DNA of 64,000 bases from an uncultured Clostridia bacterium. GTDB lineage: Bacteria; Bacillota; Clostridia; Christensenellales; UBA1242. How positions within the stretch are numbered: position 1 is the first letter of the stretch; each line of letters begins with the position of its first letter. The notes under the pieces are model-generated. The model ran no database searches. It was not told where the DNA came from and saw nothing but the letters and a program-made list of their open reading frames with translations. The stretch lies in assembly GCA_944381155.1 (NCBI GenBank), contig CALWKA010000004.1, positions 246 through 64,245 on the forward strand, in the 5' to 3' direction. A program made the translations under genes and the position numbers. Of the stretch, positions 31,356 through 40,451 are shown piece after piece.

Positions 31356-31757
31356 TCACCATATCAACATACCTATGCCACCAAGCAACATAAAAAATAT
31401 GAAGATTCCTTTTATAATATTGTTTTTTATCTTATTTAATAGAAGTGCGCCAACCACTCCGCCCAAAATTATGCCCACAATCACTGGCCAACCCTGTGAA
31501 AAATCAATTGAGTGATAACACATATAAACAATAGTGCTGACCAAACTGATTGGCAATATTACAAACAGTGCGGTAGCTTGCGCTTTTTTCTGCTCCAAGC
31601 CAAACATTTTATTGAGTAATGGCACGACCACCATTCCACCACCACCGCCAAAAAAGCCGTTGATTATGCCTATTAGCGCGCCAAAAACGAATATGTAGAC
31701 TTTCTTTACTTTTTTCATATATTTATATTGCTCTTTTTGCTTAAATTTATTTGCCAA
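31356..31757 (-). CDS. TauE/SafE family membrane protein (half-size)
   Basis: GIINGFFGGGGGMVVVP, KAQATAL; start uncertain (TTG 31757 or a later ATG). Confidence 0.85.
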   Translation of the reverse strand: MANKFKQKEQYKYMKKVKKVYIFVFGALIGIINGFFGGGGGMVVVPLLNKMFGLEQKKAQATALFVILPISLVSTIVYMCYHSIDFSQGWPVIVGIILGGVVGALLLNKIKNNIIKGIFIFFMLLGGIGMLIW

Positions 31758-31816
31758 TTTTTTAAATTTATATTATAATAAATTAGTTTATAGCAATAAT
31801 TATTAAAGAGGTTAGA

Positions 31817-34800
31817 ATGAAAACTAGAAGAAAATTATTAAAAAACATTATTTGTTACATCACAGCATTGGCACTAATTTTGTTTGCTAATGTCGGGCTA
31901 TTAAATCTCATTGATTTTGATAGCATTGCCTATGCGGTGAACAACAAGAATCAAAATGAAATTACTATCACCAATCAAGATTTTGACGACGATCCTGATA
32001 GTGATTATCCTTTTGATCCTACCGGATTTACTCCTAGTATGGATACTGAAACTGCAGGAGTCAGTGCGGGCGTCATCAATGTAGATGAGGAAGAATATTC
32101 AAAATATAAGACGGACGAATCTTTCCGTGACGAGTATGTTTTGATGATAGACAGCACCATCTCTAGCGATGATGAAAATACAGATAGCGCGCCGAGTGAA
32201 GATGCTAGCACGGGCAGTGAGATCGGTCACAACGCAAATTTTGGATTCACCACAAATGACGCAATTTCTCTTAAAGCCAATAAAAATTATTCGATATCAG
32301 TGGATGTTTATACTTCAAATTCGAATGGCATTGGCGCACTATATCTATTGGATTCGGAAGATAACGATTCAATTTACGCTAGTATCACAAACATTAGTTC
32401 GCTCAATCATTACACCACTTATACTTTCTTTGTTACCACAAATGACATTGAAAATATTGAAGTGAAACTTGCTATGTATTTGCACGGATCTGGAGTGGTA
32501 TTATTTGATAATATATCTGCCTTTGAATTGAATTCAAAGACTTTGAATAAGAATATAGACAATTTAAATTCGTCTTCTCTATCTAATGCCTATATATATA
32601 TTGACGAACGCGACAACTTAATCAACGAATTTGATATGAGCACGAATCCATTTACTATATCAAATTTCGAATCGGGCAAAAACTCGCCAGATTACACCGT
32701 CGCAGACTTAATTCAAAATTCTCAAGATGCAGAAGCAAACGATGGCAACACAGATTTTGCATTTAGAATCACAAACAATTTAGCAACCTTTGTAGAATAC
32801 GAAACGAATGACAATTTCTTTGAATTTGATCACAATTCTGTATACAAAGTGAGCATATTTGTAAAAACTAAAGATTTGGACGGCAACGCAACTTTAAAAT
32901 TGGTCCAAACGAACATTGACAGCAATGAAGATAGCGATGATAGCAGTAGCGAAGATGATACTAGTGAGAGCGAACCTGAAATTTCAATCAGTTCGAATAC
33001 GGGCGAAAGTGGAAATATTATAAACGATTACCAAGAATATTCATTCTATGTGCGCACTAGCCCTATCAAATCTACCACATTCAAATTGGTGGTAAGTTTA
33101 GGAGATAGCGACAACCCAACAACAGGTAAAATGTATATCGCATCTATCATTACGACGAAAGTTGACTACACCACATTTGACAATGTATCAACGGGAACTT
33201 ATGCTCAAACTATTGATCTAGCTGAAGAATATATTTGGTCAGATGACGATCTATATATAGATAACGGAAATTTCAATGATGTGCAAATCGTGGACTACTC
33301 TACTCCATACCCTGCCACTCCTACTGATTGGACAAGAGTTGACACGGGTGATTATGATCAAATCTACGGCGTGATAAACACTCTTGATAGCGAATTTGCA
33401 AAATTAGATAGTTCAAAATTCTCTAATTTGCATAATCCTGGCGATCCTTATGGCGTCAATGGAAGCAATAATGTGTTGATGATGTACAACTCCACTGCAG
33501 ATATTCAAAGCTATAGAAGTGAAACAAAACCTTTAACCGCAAGATCTTATTACAAATTTACTTTGCAGGTTCAAACGCAAAATGCTCCAGCTCAAATCCA
33601 ATTGGTAACCACAATTAATGATAGCGAAGTTGTGTTGTCTTCTATCACTGTGAACACGCTCGATATGAATTGGCATACTGTAAATATGTATCTATACACA
33701 GGACATCAAGCTTTGGATGTCGCCGTAAAAGTTGTATTGGATACCACTAATTCGGCTTACGGATATGTCTATATAGACAATGTGACCTTCAATAATCCTG
33801 TTCAGCCAAGTGCAGACGAATTTAATCAAGCGGTAAACTCAACCTACCTAATCAAAACCGATTTGGAAAACTTAATTAGTTCGGATAGCGACTCTGCGTT
33901 TTCTACCCCTAATTATTTTGAAGGTTCTGACGATGAAAATGTGACTTTCGGTGTAGTTGATTTAAACAATCGCGAATCATATGGTTCAGTCATAGCAAAT
34001 GAAGATAATTATTCTAGTTTTGAAAATCTGCCATCTGATAATAAAAATGTTTTGGCAATCAGAGCACAGGAAGACTCATATTATACCCTTTCATCAAAAT
34101 TAGGCTTTGATCTAACGAGTGGAAATTATTATAAAATTAGCGTTTATGTCTATACTCAAAATCTGCAAATATTAGATGAAAATGTTGATGATGATCTAAT
34201 GGGTGCTAGTATAAAATTGTCTGCATTCGATGAAACTTTCACTCAAATAGTATCTGACGGTCATTGGACAAATTACACTTTCTATATCCAACCTAATTCT
34301 GACACGACAACATATTTAGAATTGTCACTTGGCTCTAGTTCAGCATCTGTTGCGGGCGATGTGTTCTTCGGGGGAATTGAATTTATAGACTATGAAGATG
34401 ACAGCACCGAATTTGACAAAGCTAATGAAAATTCAGTTACAAAAATCGTCACTCAAACGACCACAGATAACGATGAAAACGAAGAAGAAACTGAAACAGA
34501 CGATACCAACAATAAATTTGATTACAACACAATTTTATATTATGTATCAAGTATACTATTCGCATTGGCAATAATTATTGCAATAGTTGGCGTTTTGATG
34601 CGAAAAGTAAAATGGAAAAAACCAGTTAAGAAATCAAAGAATGAGTATGATAGAAATCGTACCGTTTCAAAACAATTGTATCAAAGAAAAGCCACATCTC
34701 AAAGAGAGGCAAAATTAAGAGAATTGAATAAAGAACTTGCTTCTATGAATGAAGAACGCAATCAATATGAAGAAGAATACAAATCTGATCTTTCAAAATT

Positions 34801-35131
34801 AAGAGATATGAAGATTAAACGCGCAAATCAAGCCGAGATCAACAAATTGCAAAAAGAAATGAAAAAGAAACAAAAATTGTCTGCAACTATCGGACTATCA
34901 ATTGCCAAGTTGGAATCTGAAATTGATTATACAAAATCAGATCAATATCTGAATAGTTTGATGAAAAAATTAGAGCGCGAACAATTGGAAGCTAGTAGAA
35001 ATGCAGAAAATAACAGCGAAGATGACCAAGCTGAAAATGTTGATAATAAACAATCAAATTCAAAAAATAAAATTGACTCAAACTCTAATACCAAGAAAAA
35101 AACTTCTAAAACAAAATCGGATAACAATTAA
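31817..35131 (+). CDS. type I membrane protein: four CBM4/9-like repeats, TM helix, cytoplasmic coiled coil (1104 aa)
   Basis: GAGG SD; signal peptide ending AYA; four L..N/S.Y.(I/V/F)(S/T)(V/I/L).V.T modules; TM ILYYVSSILFALAIIIAIVGVLM; K/E-rich tail. Confidence 0.85.
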   Translation: MKTRRKLLKNIICYITALALILFANVGLLNLIDFDSIAYAVNNKNQNEITITNQDFDDDPDSDYPFDPTGFTPSMDTETAGVSAGVINVDEEEYSKYKTDESFRDEYVLMIDSTISSDDENTDSAPSEDASTGSEIGHNANFGFTTNDAISLKANKNYSISVDVYTSNSNGIGALYLLDSEDNDSIYASITNISSLNHYTTYTFFVTTNDIENIEVKLAMYLHGSGVVLFDNISAFELNSKTLNKNIDNLNSSSLSNAYIYIDERDNLINEFDMSTNPFTISNFESGKNSPDYTVADLIQNSQDAEANDGNTDFAFRITNNLATFVEYETNDNFFEFDHNSVYKVSIFVKTKDLDGNATLKLVQTNIDSNEDSDDSSSEDDTSESEPEISISSNTGESGNIINDYQEYSFYVRTSPIKSTTFKLVVSLGDSDNPTTGKMYIASIITTKVDYTTFDNVSTGTYAQTIDLAEEYIWSDDDLYIDNGNFNDVQIVDYSTPYPATPTDWTRVDTGDYDQIYGVINTLDSEFAKLDSSKFSNLHNPGDPYGVNGSNNVLMMYNSTADIQSYRSETKPLTARSYYKFTLQVQTQNAPAQIQLVTTINDSEVVLSSITVNTLDMNWHTVNMYLYTGHQALDVAVKVVLDTTNSAYGYVYIDNVTFNNPVQPSADEFNQAVNSTYLIKTDLENLISSDSDSAFSTPNYFEGSDDENVTFGVVDLNNRESYGSVIANEDNYSSFENLPSDNKNVLAIRAQEDSYYTLSSKLGFDLTSGNYYKISVYVYTQNLQILDENVDDDLMGASIKLSAFDETFTQIVSDGHWTNYTFYIQPNSDTTTYLELSLGSSSASVAGDVFFGGIEFIDYEDDSTEFDKANENSVTKIVTQTTTDNDENEEETETDDTNNKFDYNTILYYVSSILFALAIIIAIVGVLMRKVKWKKPVKKSKNEYDRNRTVSKQLYQRKATSQREAKLRELNKELASMNEERNQYEEEYKSDLSKLRDMKIKRANQAEINKLQKEMKKKQKLSATIGLSIAKLESEIDYTKSDQYLNSLMKKLEREQLEASRNAENNSEDDQAENVDNKQSNSKNKIDSNSNTKKKTSKTKSDNN

Positions 35132-35139
35132 AAATAACG

Positions 35140-35177
35140 AAAAACACGGATGACAAATATAAACATCCGTGTTTTTT
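35140..35177. terminator. bidirectional intrinsic terminator
   Basis: AAAACACGGATG-N11-CATCCGTGTTTT between convergent genes. Confidence 0.85.
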
Positions 35178-35267
35178 CAATTTCAAAATTTATAAAAATA
35201 ATGTTTAATATAAATTAATCAAAATAAAATCTATTTTGTATCAATTTTTATCAAAACAAAATTTTAT

Positions 35268-36005
35268 TTAATTTGCTTGAGTTTGGGTATTCGTCAAGTC
35301 TAAATTTTTCAACCTATTTCTCAAATTAAACTCTAAAAGATAACTCAAAGGAACTAATGATTTTGATTCAGAAAGTCGTAAATAGGACAAATTTATATAT
35401 GGATATTCCAATCTTGTCCTATCCAAAGCATCCGAATCTTTCAATAACTTAAACAAAATTTTACATTTTTCATAGCAGTCTGAACACTCTTTTTCTGCCA
35501 TAACTGGAAAACGATCGTCTGGCAAAGAATGACAAGTTATTATTGTTTTTAAAATCTTTTTATCCATGTCGGATATCTTTAAATCTAGTTTGTCTATAAG
35601 TTTTGCGCTCCTTGCCCCGTGCGACATATCTTCATCGTCATTAACTCTGCCTATGTCGTGATACATACAAGCATATAACAAATTTTTTGTGTCTGCCCTA
35701 GTTAGATTCAATCTGTTTGCCAGAAAAAATGCATACAGCGCCACTCGTATGTTGTGCTTGATTCCGTGCTTTTGACTTTTATATATCAAATTCAAATCGA
35801 CATTTTCAAACGCGTCTATTAATAGGTCCAAATTTTCTGATGTTTGAATGGTTTGAATAAAATCATCAAGCGCAGTTATCTCAATGTTCAGATCTTCCAC
35901 TTCGTCTAATTGTTTTTGAAAAAAATAATAATTAAAATCTTTTTCGGGCATAGGTTTGAATTTTTTATAATCTTTGATATCTTCTAAAATTTTTTTCGCA
36001 TTCAT
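35268..36005 (-). CDS. HD-domain phosphohydrolase
   Basis: HGIKHNIRV, YHDIGR, HGARSA, KDSDALDR. Confidence 0.85.
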   Translation of the reverse strand: MNAKKILEDIKDYKKFKPMPEKDFNYYFFQKQLDEVEDLNIEITALDDFIQTIQTSENLDLLIDAFENVDLNLIYKSQKHGIKHNIRVALYAFFLANRLNLTRADTKNLLYACMYHDIGRVNDDEDMSHGARSAKLIDKLDLKISDMDKKILKTIITCHSLPDDRFPVMAEKECSDCYEKCKILFKLLKDSDALDRTRLEYPYINLSYLRLSESKSLVPLSYLLEFNLRNRLKNLDLTNTQTQAN

Positions 36006-36237
36006 TTGTACTCCATTTGATCTAAAAATTATATCGTATTTTTATTCAATTTGCAACATCTTTTGTATTGATATCAAATCTTTGTCGTTTATATTATTAT
36101 GACTTGAAAATATTTTAATATGAAAACTTATATGACTTCAAAATATAAAAATGTCCTATAATATTTTAGCAATAATCACACTTTATATCTGATTGTGATA
36201 CTAGATTTAATACCCTAATTAATATTTACTTTACCTT

Positions 36238-36543
36238 TTACTTATATATCTTTATCAATTGACCAATATATAGTCGATTTTCTTTTAGATTATTATCCGC
36301 TTTTAACTTTTCTATCGATAAATTGTATTGCTTTGCTATTTTTGATACTGTTTCCATAGGCTTTACAAAATGCGACAAATAATCATTGACTTTGATCTTG
36401 ATCCACTCGCCCGTGTATAAATCAATCTTGTTGTTATTCCTTATTATATTTGATTTGCTGGTATTGAATTTCATACAAAGATCAAGTATATTGTCATTCT
36501 CTTTTACTCTATATAAAAATTCTTTGGCTAAAACTATTTTCAT
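36238..36543 (-). CDS. tandem LysM domain protein
   Basis: YRVKENDNI...LYTGEWIKI and HFVKPMETVSKIAKQY...LYIGQLIKI. Confidence 0.85.
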   Translation of the reverse strand: MKIVLAKEFLYRVKENDNILDLCMKFNTSKSNIIRNNNKIDLYTGEWIKIKVNDYLSHFVKPMETVSKIAKQYNLSIEKLKADNNLKENRLYIGQLIKIYK

Positions 36544-36803
36544 AACTATTTATATATATTCGAAATGAACCATTTTGTGAATGTATGTTTTATATTTAAT
36601 ACCTAAATATCTTTTAAACATAATAATTTCATTTTTTTAATAAAAATATTTTATACTTTGGACAATTATTATCTATAAAATCAGTTCTGCCCCCACTATC
36701 TAAATAAAAAATTCAAAATAAGTTGCAACCTATCTTGCTTTTAAAATTTTTATCTTGGTATATATTTTTGCTTGTTTTTATATATTTATATAGGATATTT
36801 TAT

Positions 36804-38315
36804 ATGAAATCATTTTTTAAAGCAGTAGCGATAGTAACAATATTTTCAGTGATCACGCGTTTTTTAGGCTTCTTTTTTAGAATTTATCTCACTCGAAAAC
36901 TTGGTGCGGAAGGTATTGGACTTTTTCAAATGGCAACTTCTATCTTGGGCATTTTTACCACATTAATATCTAGTGGACTACCTTTGACTACAGCAAAATT
37001 AGTATCTAAATATGAAACTAATTCCGAATTGAAAAAAAGAAACAAAGTGGTCAGTTCTGCTCTCATCATCGCTCTTATGATAGCGGTCATATCTTCTCTG
37101 ATCGTCTATCTATTAAAATCGCTATGGGGAATCATTTTAACAGACAGTAGAGCGGTTGAATTATTAATCATTCTTCTGCCGTCCATAATTTGCAGTGCCG
37201 TATATGCCATTTTTCGCGGGGCTATGTGGGGACAAAATGATTATTTCAACTGCGGGCTAACTGAATTGATTGAACAAATCATTCGCTTTGCTCTCACTTT
37301 CATTATGCTTTTTACAATTACAGATTATTTCGTAGCAACAAAATATTCAGCAATTGCCTTTAATTTTACTTGTCTGCTTTCTGCCCTGATCACCGCCTTC
37401 ATCTATTTTAGAAAAGGAAAATTGAATTTCAAAAAAGGTGAATACAAAAACATTATAAAAAGTGCTACACCAATCACGGGCATTCGTCTAGCGAACTCGC
37501 TTGTCCATCCTTTGACCACGCTTATTATTCCTAATATGTTGATTTTGTCTGGATACTCAACGAGCGAAGCGATATCAAGTTTTGGCGTTATTATGGGGAT
37601 GACCTTCCCTATGCTGTTTGTGCCAATGGCAATAATTAGCAGTATCAGTATGGTACTGATCCCTTCTATCAGTTCAATGATGACTAAAAATCAATACGAT
37701 TCCATTCAAGAAAATGTCACGAAATCTCTCGATGTCTCTATCTTTATTAGTATGATTTTCATTCCACTCTATCTATCTGTAGGCGACCTGATAGGAATCG
37801 TATTATATGATAACACTCTATCCGGCGTGTTGCTCCAGCTCTCTGCCGTGTGCGTCCTTCCTATCACACTTACCAACCTAACTGGTAGCATCCTCAACGC
37901 TTTGAACAAAGAAGTAAAGTCATTTTTGAATTACATTTTAGGCTCTGTGGTGTTGTTTATTTCTTTGATAGCATTCACTCCGCTGGTTGGCATAAATTCA
38001 ATAATAATATCCTTCTTCCTATCAATGTTGACCACCACGGCATTAAACATTAGAATAATAAAAAAATCTATACCAAATATCAAATTCAATTTGTTTAATT
38101 TGACATTCAAATATTCTTTGATTATAATACCCACTAGTTTATTAGGGCATTTTATATCAAATATCTGTTTGAACATCTTTAACAATTTTATCTCCGCGTG
38201 TATCGGTGGCGGAATAAGCATTTTATTCACCCTACTATTGTGTAAAATGTTTAATCTATATGATATTTCAAAATTATTGCATTTAATCAAGAAAAAACGC
38301 AAAAATTCCGTTTAA
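36804..38315 (+). CDS. spoVB: SpoVB/MurJ-like MOP-family polysaccharide flippase
   Basis: ITRFLGFFFRIYLTRKLGAEGIGLFQ, SGLP..TAKLVS, EQIIR; many TM helices; ATG 36804 preferred. Confidence 0.8.
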   Translation: MKSFFKAVAIVTIFSVITRFLGFFFRIYLTRKLGAEGIGLFQMATSILGIFTTLISSGLPLTTAKLVSKYETNSELKKRNKVVSSALIIALMIAVISSLIVYLLKSLWGIILTDSRAVELLIILLPSIICSAVYAIFRGAMWGQNDYFNCGLTELIEQIIRFALTFIMLFTITDYFVATKYSAIAFNFTCLLSALITAFIYFRKGKLNFKKGEYKNIIKSATPITGIRLANSLVHPLTTLIIPNMLILSGYSTSEAISSFGVIMGMTFPMLFVPMAIISSISMVLIPSISSMMTKNQYDSIQENVTKSLDVSIFISMIFIPLYLSVGDLIGIVLYDNTLSGVLLQLSAVCVLPITLTNLTGSILNALNKEVKSFLNYILGSVVLFISLIAFTPLVGINSIIISFFLSMLTTTALNIRIIKKSIPNIKFNLFNLTFKYSLIIIPTSLLGHFISNICLNIFNNFISACIGGGISILFTLLLCKMFNLYDISKLLHLIKKKRKNSV

Positions 38316-38704
38316 AACAATAAATTTTTAAAAATTTTTATATTTTTTCTAAATTATTACTTTAACATTCAAAATTATAAAGAATAAAAAATGGTTAATT
38401 AATTAATATAAATTAATTCTTTCAAAACTTGATATAATTTTTTAAACATATAAAAACATTTGTAATCTGCTTTTTATTATATTTTCACCCATCATTTTTA
38501 TTAGAAAATAATGCAAAATTATTTTTTGAATTTATATATCTTTCATTGCCTAAACTAAACGATTTTCATCTAAAAAATTTTTTTTTATAAAATTAAAAAA
38601 ATAAGCATAGTCAAATTTACTTTCGCTAAAAATTTTAAATATAAATTGCTTTTTTAATTCTATTCTTTCAAAACTATCCCATAACTATAATATTAAAATA
38701 TAAA

Positions 38705-38734
38705 GTATAAATTTGTTTTCTCTGAACATACTTA
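38705..38734 (+). promoter_or_regulatory. sigma-G-like promoter of DUF421 gene
   Basis: GTATA-N17-CATACTTA immediately before the ATG. Confidence 0.5.
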
Positions 38735-38738
38735 TTGT

Positions 38739-39455
38739 ATGTTTATAATTTTTATGCGAGTCGTGATAATTTATGTTACAGTTTTAGTATTTTTAAGATT
38801 GATGGGCAAGCGACAGATCGGCGAAATGCAACCATACGAAGTGGTCATCACGCTAATCATTGCTGACTTGGCAACCGTGCCAATGAGTGATACAAATATC
38901 CCTTTGATAAATGGTATTTTGCCACTTGCAATCTTGGTGCTAATACATTTTTTAATCACAATTTTGACACGAAAAAATATTAAGATCAGAAGACTGATGA
39001 GTGGACGACCTGTCCTTGTGATAACCCCTAAAGGAATTGAATATAAAGCACTCAAAGATCTAAATATGAATATTGACGATTTGCTAGAATCAATTAGACA
39101 GGCGGGATATTATAGTTTTGATCAAATATTGTACGCGATCATTGAAACAAATGGAAAAATGAGCGTCATACCCACAAGTGACAATTCGCCCGCCACTGCA
39201 AAAGATGTTAGCGTTTCAAACCCGCCAGCAGTGCTACCGCACATTATCATTTCGGACGGGAAAATTATAAAAGAAGAAATGGAACAACTTAATATTAATG
39301 AAGATGATTTAGATAAAATTTTAAAATATCTAAAAATAAAAAATATAAAAGATTTGATCATACTTTCACTAGACAGCGAAGGAAAAACTTATTATCAAAA
39401 AAAAGGTGAGAATTTTAAATTGATTGCTGATATAAAAAAGGAAGTGAAATTATGA
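38739..39455 (+). CDS. DUF421 / YetF family membrane protein
   Basis: RLMGKRQIGEMQP, G.P.LVI, AIIETNGKMSV, IISDGKI. Confidence 0.92.
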   Translation: MFIIFMRVVIIYVTVLVFLRLMGKRQIGEMQPYEVVITLIIADLATVPMSDTNIPLINGILPLAILVLIHFLITILTRKNIKIRRLMSGRPVLVITPKGIEYKALKDLNMNIDDLLESIRQAGYYSFDQILYAIIETNGKMSVIPTSDNSPATAKDVSVSNPPAVLPHIIISDGKIIKEEMEQLNINEDDLDKILKYLKIKNIKDLIILSLDSEGKTYYQKKGENFKLIADIKKEVKL

Positions 39456-39838
39456 AAGTTTATGTGCCTATAATAATTTTGTTTCTTGCTGTCACCGCCC
39501 TATGCATTTGGGATGGAATCTATACTCAAAAAGTGTTTGAAAAATTAGAATTAGATAGCGAAAAAATCTATATCTCACTACAAACGAATCAAATTACTGA
39601 TCCAGAAATTCAAAACGATATCATAGATTTGAACGAATATTGGACAGAACAAATGGATATTTTATGCATATCAATTTCACGAAAAGATTTGCAACCAATA
39701 TCAGATTATCTGCAATATTTATGCTCATCAATAATTAACGAAAATCAAGAGGATGCGCTGACATATTCGCGCCTATTGAATTACAACATCATTGGGCTAA
39801 ATCAAACCACAGGAATTAATATTTTGAATTTAGTCTGA
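39452..39838 (+). CDS. DUF4363-like protein
   Basis: ATGA overlap with DUF421 gene; N-terminal TM; C-terminal NILNLV; usual partner of DUF421 in Clostridia. Confidence 0.65.
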   Translation: MKVYVPIIILFLAVTALCIWDGIYTQKVFEKLELDSEKIYISLQTNQITDPEIQNDIIDLNEYWTEQMDILCISISRKDLQPISDYLQYLCSSIINENQEDALTYSRLLNYNIIGLNQTTGINILNLV

Positions 39839-39979
39839 ATTTTAATTTAAAATATTAAACTAAAAAATTCAAAATTAAAACTTTAAAAAATTATACATAA
39901 GAAGTTATCCAAATTTAAGTTATAATTTTATTTAAAAATGTAAAATTCTCAAAATAAATTTTCGAATAATTTTATTAAA

Positions 39980-40026
39980 AAAAGGACTTAATTAATATAG
40001 AATAAATCTAAATCAAAAGTCCTTTT
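39980..40026. terminator. probable bidirectional terminator
   Basis: AAAAGGACTT...AAGTCCTTTT inverted repeat between convergent genes; long loop. Confidence 0.5.
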
Positions 40027-40126
40027 CACTAATTTTAAAAAATAAATTAAAAATATTATAGTAATATCAAAAATTTTTTAGTTATTTATAGATTTTTGTA
40101 GAATTTTTATGCAATTTTTAAAAATT

Positions 40127-40444
40127 TTACAACAAAGTTAAAAATGTGACAGTACAAATAATCACCATAATTATCAACACAAAAGTGAGCGTCGCCACTT
40201 CGTTGATCGTGGAAGAAAAATTAAAAAGGCTCGCCTTCGGTATGCCATTTACTTTAATATAATCTAAAATTTTGCTTGTTGAACTATTCACTTTTGCAAT
40301 CTGATTTTTATATGATTTTCCACTATTTATGCTTTTCGCACGAAAAATTTTAATCATAATTTTTTGCCTTGATTTGATTTCGTCAATTGTGGAATCATAT
40401 TTTAGATCCATATAATGATAGCAACGCTTTATTTCTTTATCCAT
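40127..40444 (-). CDS. hypothetical protein, degenerate J-domain-like N-terminus and C-terminal TM
   Basis: GGGAAG SD 7 nt after the uvrA stop; Y..MDL..DSTIDEIK pattern; hydrophobic C-terminus. Confidence 0.7.
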   Translation of the reverse strand: MDKEIKRCYHYMDLKYDSTIDEIKSRQKIMIKIFRAKSINSGKSYKNQIAKVNSSTSKILDYIKVNGIPKASLFNFSSTINEVATLTFVLIIMVIICTVTFLTLL

Positions 40445-40451
40445 ACTTCCC

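Noticed and set aside
30938-31757. Split TauE as a pseudogene
   Set aside because: Each half has its own Gly-rich motif and a clean ORF; two half-size genes are a usual arrangement in Clostridia.
36098-36146. 16-bp direct repeat TATGACTT(G/C)AAAATAT, 33 bp apart, upstream of the HD gene
   Set aside because: Possible operator, but only two copies in very AT-rich DNA; too weak to call.
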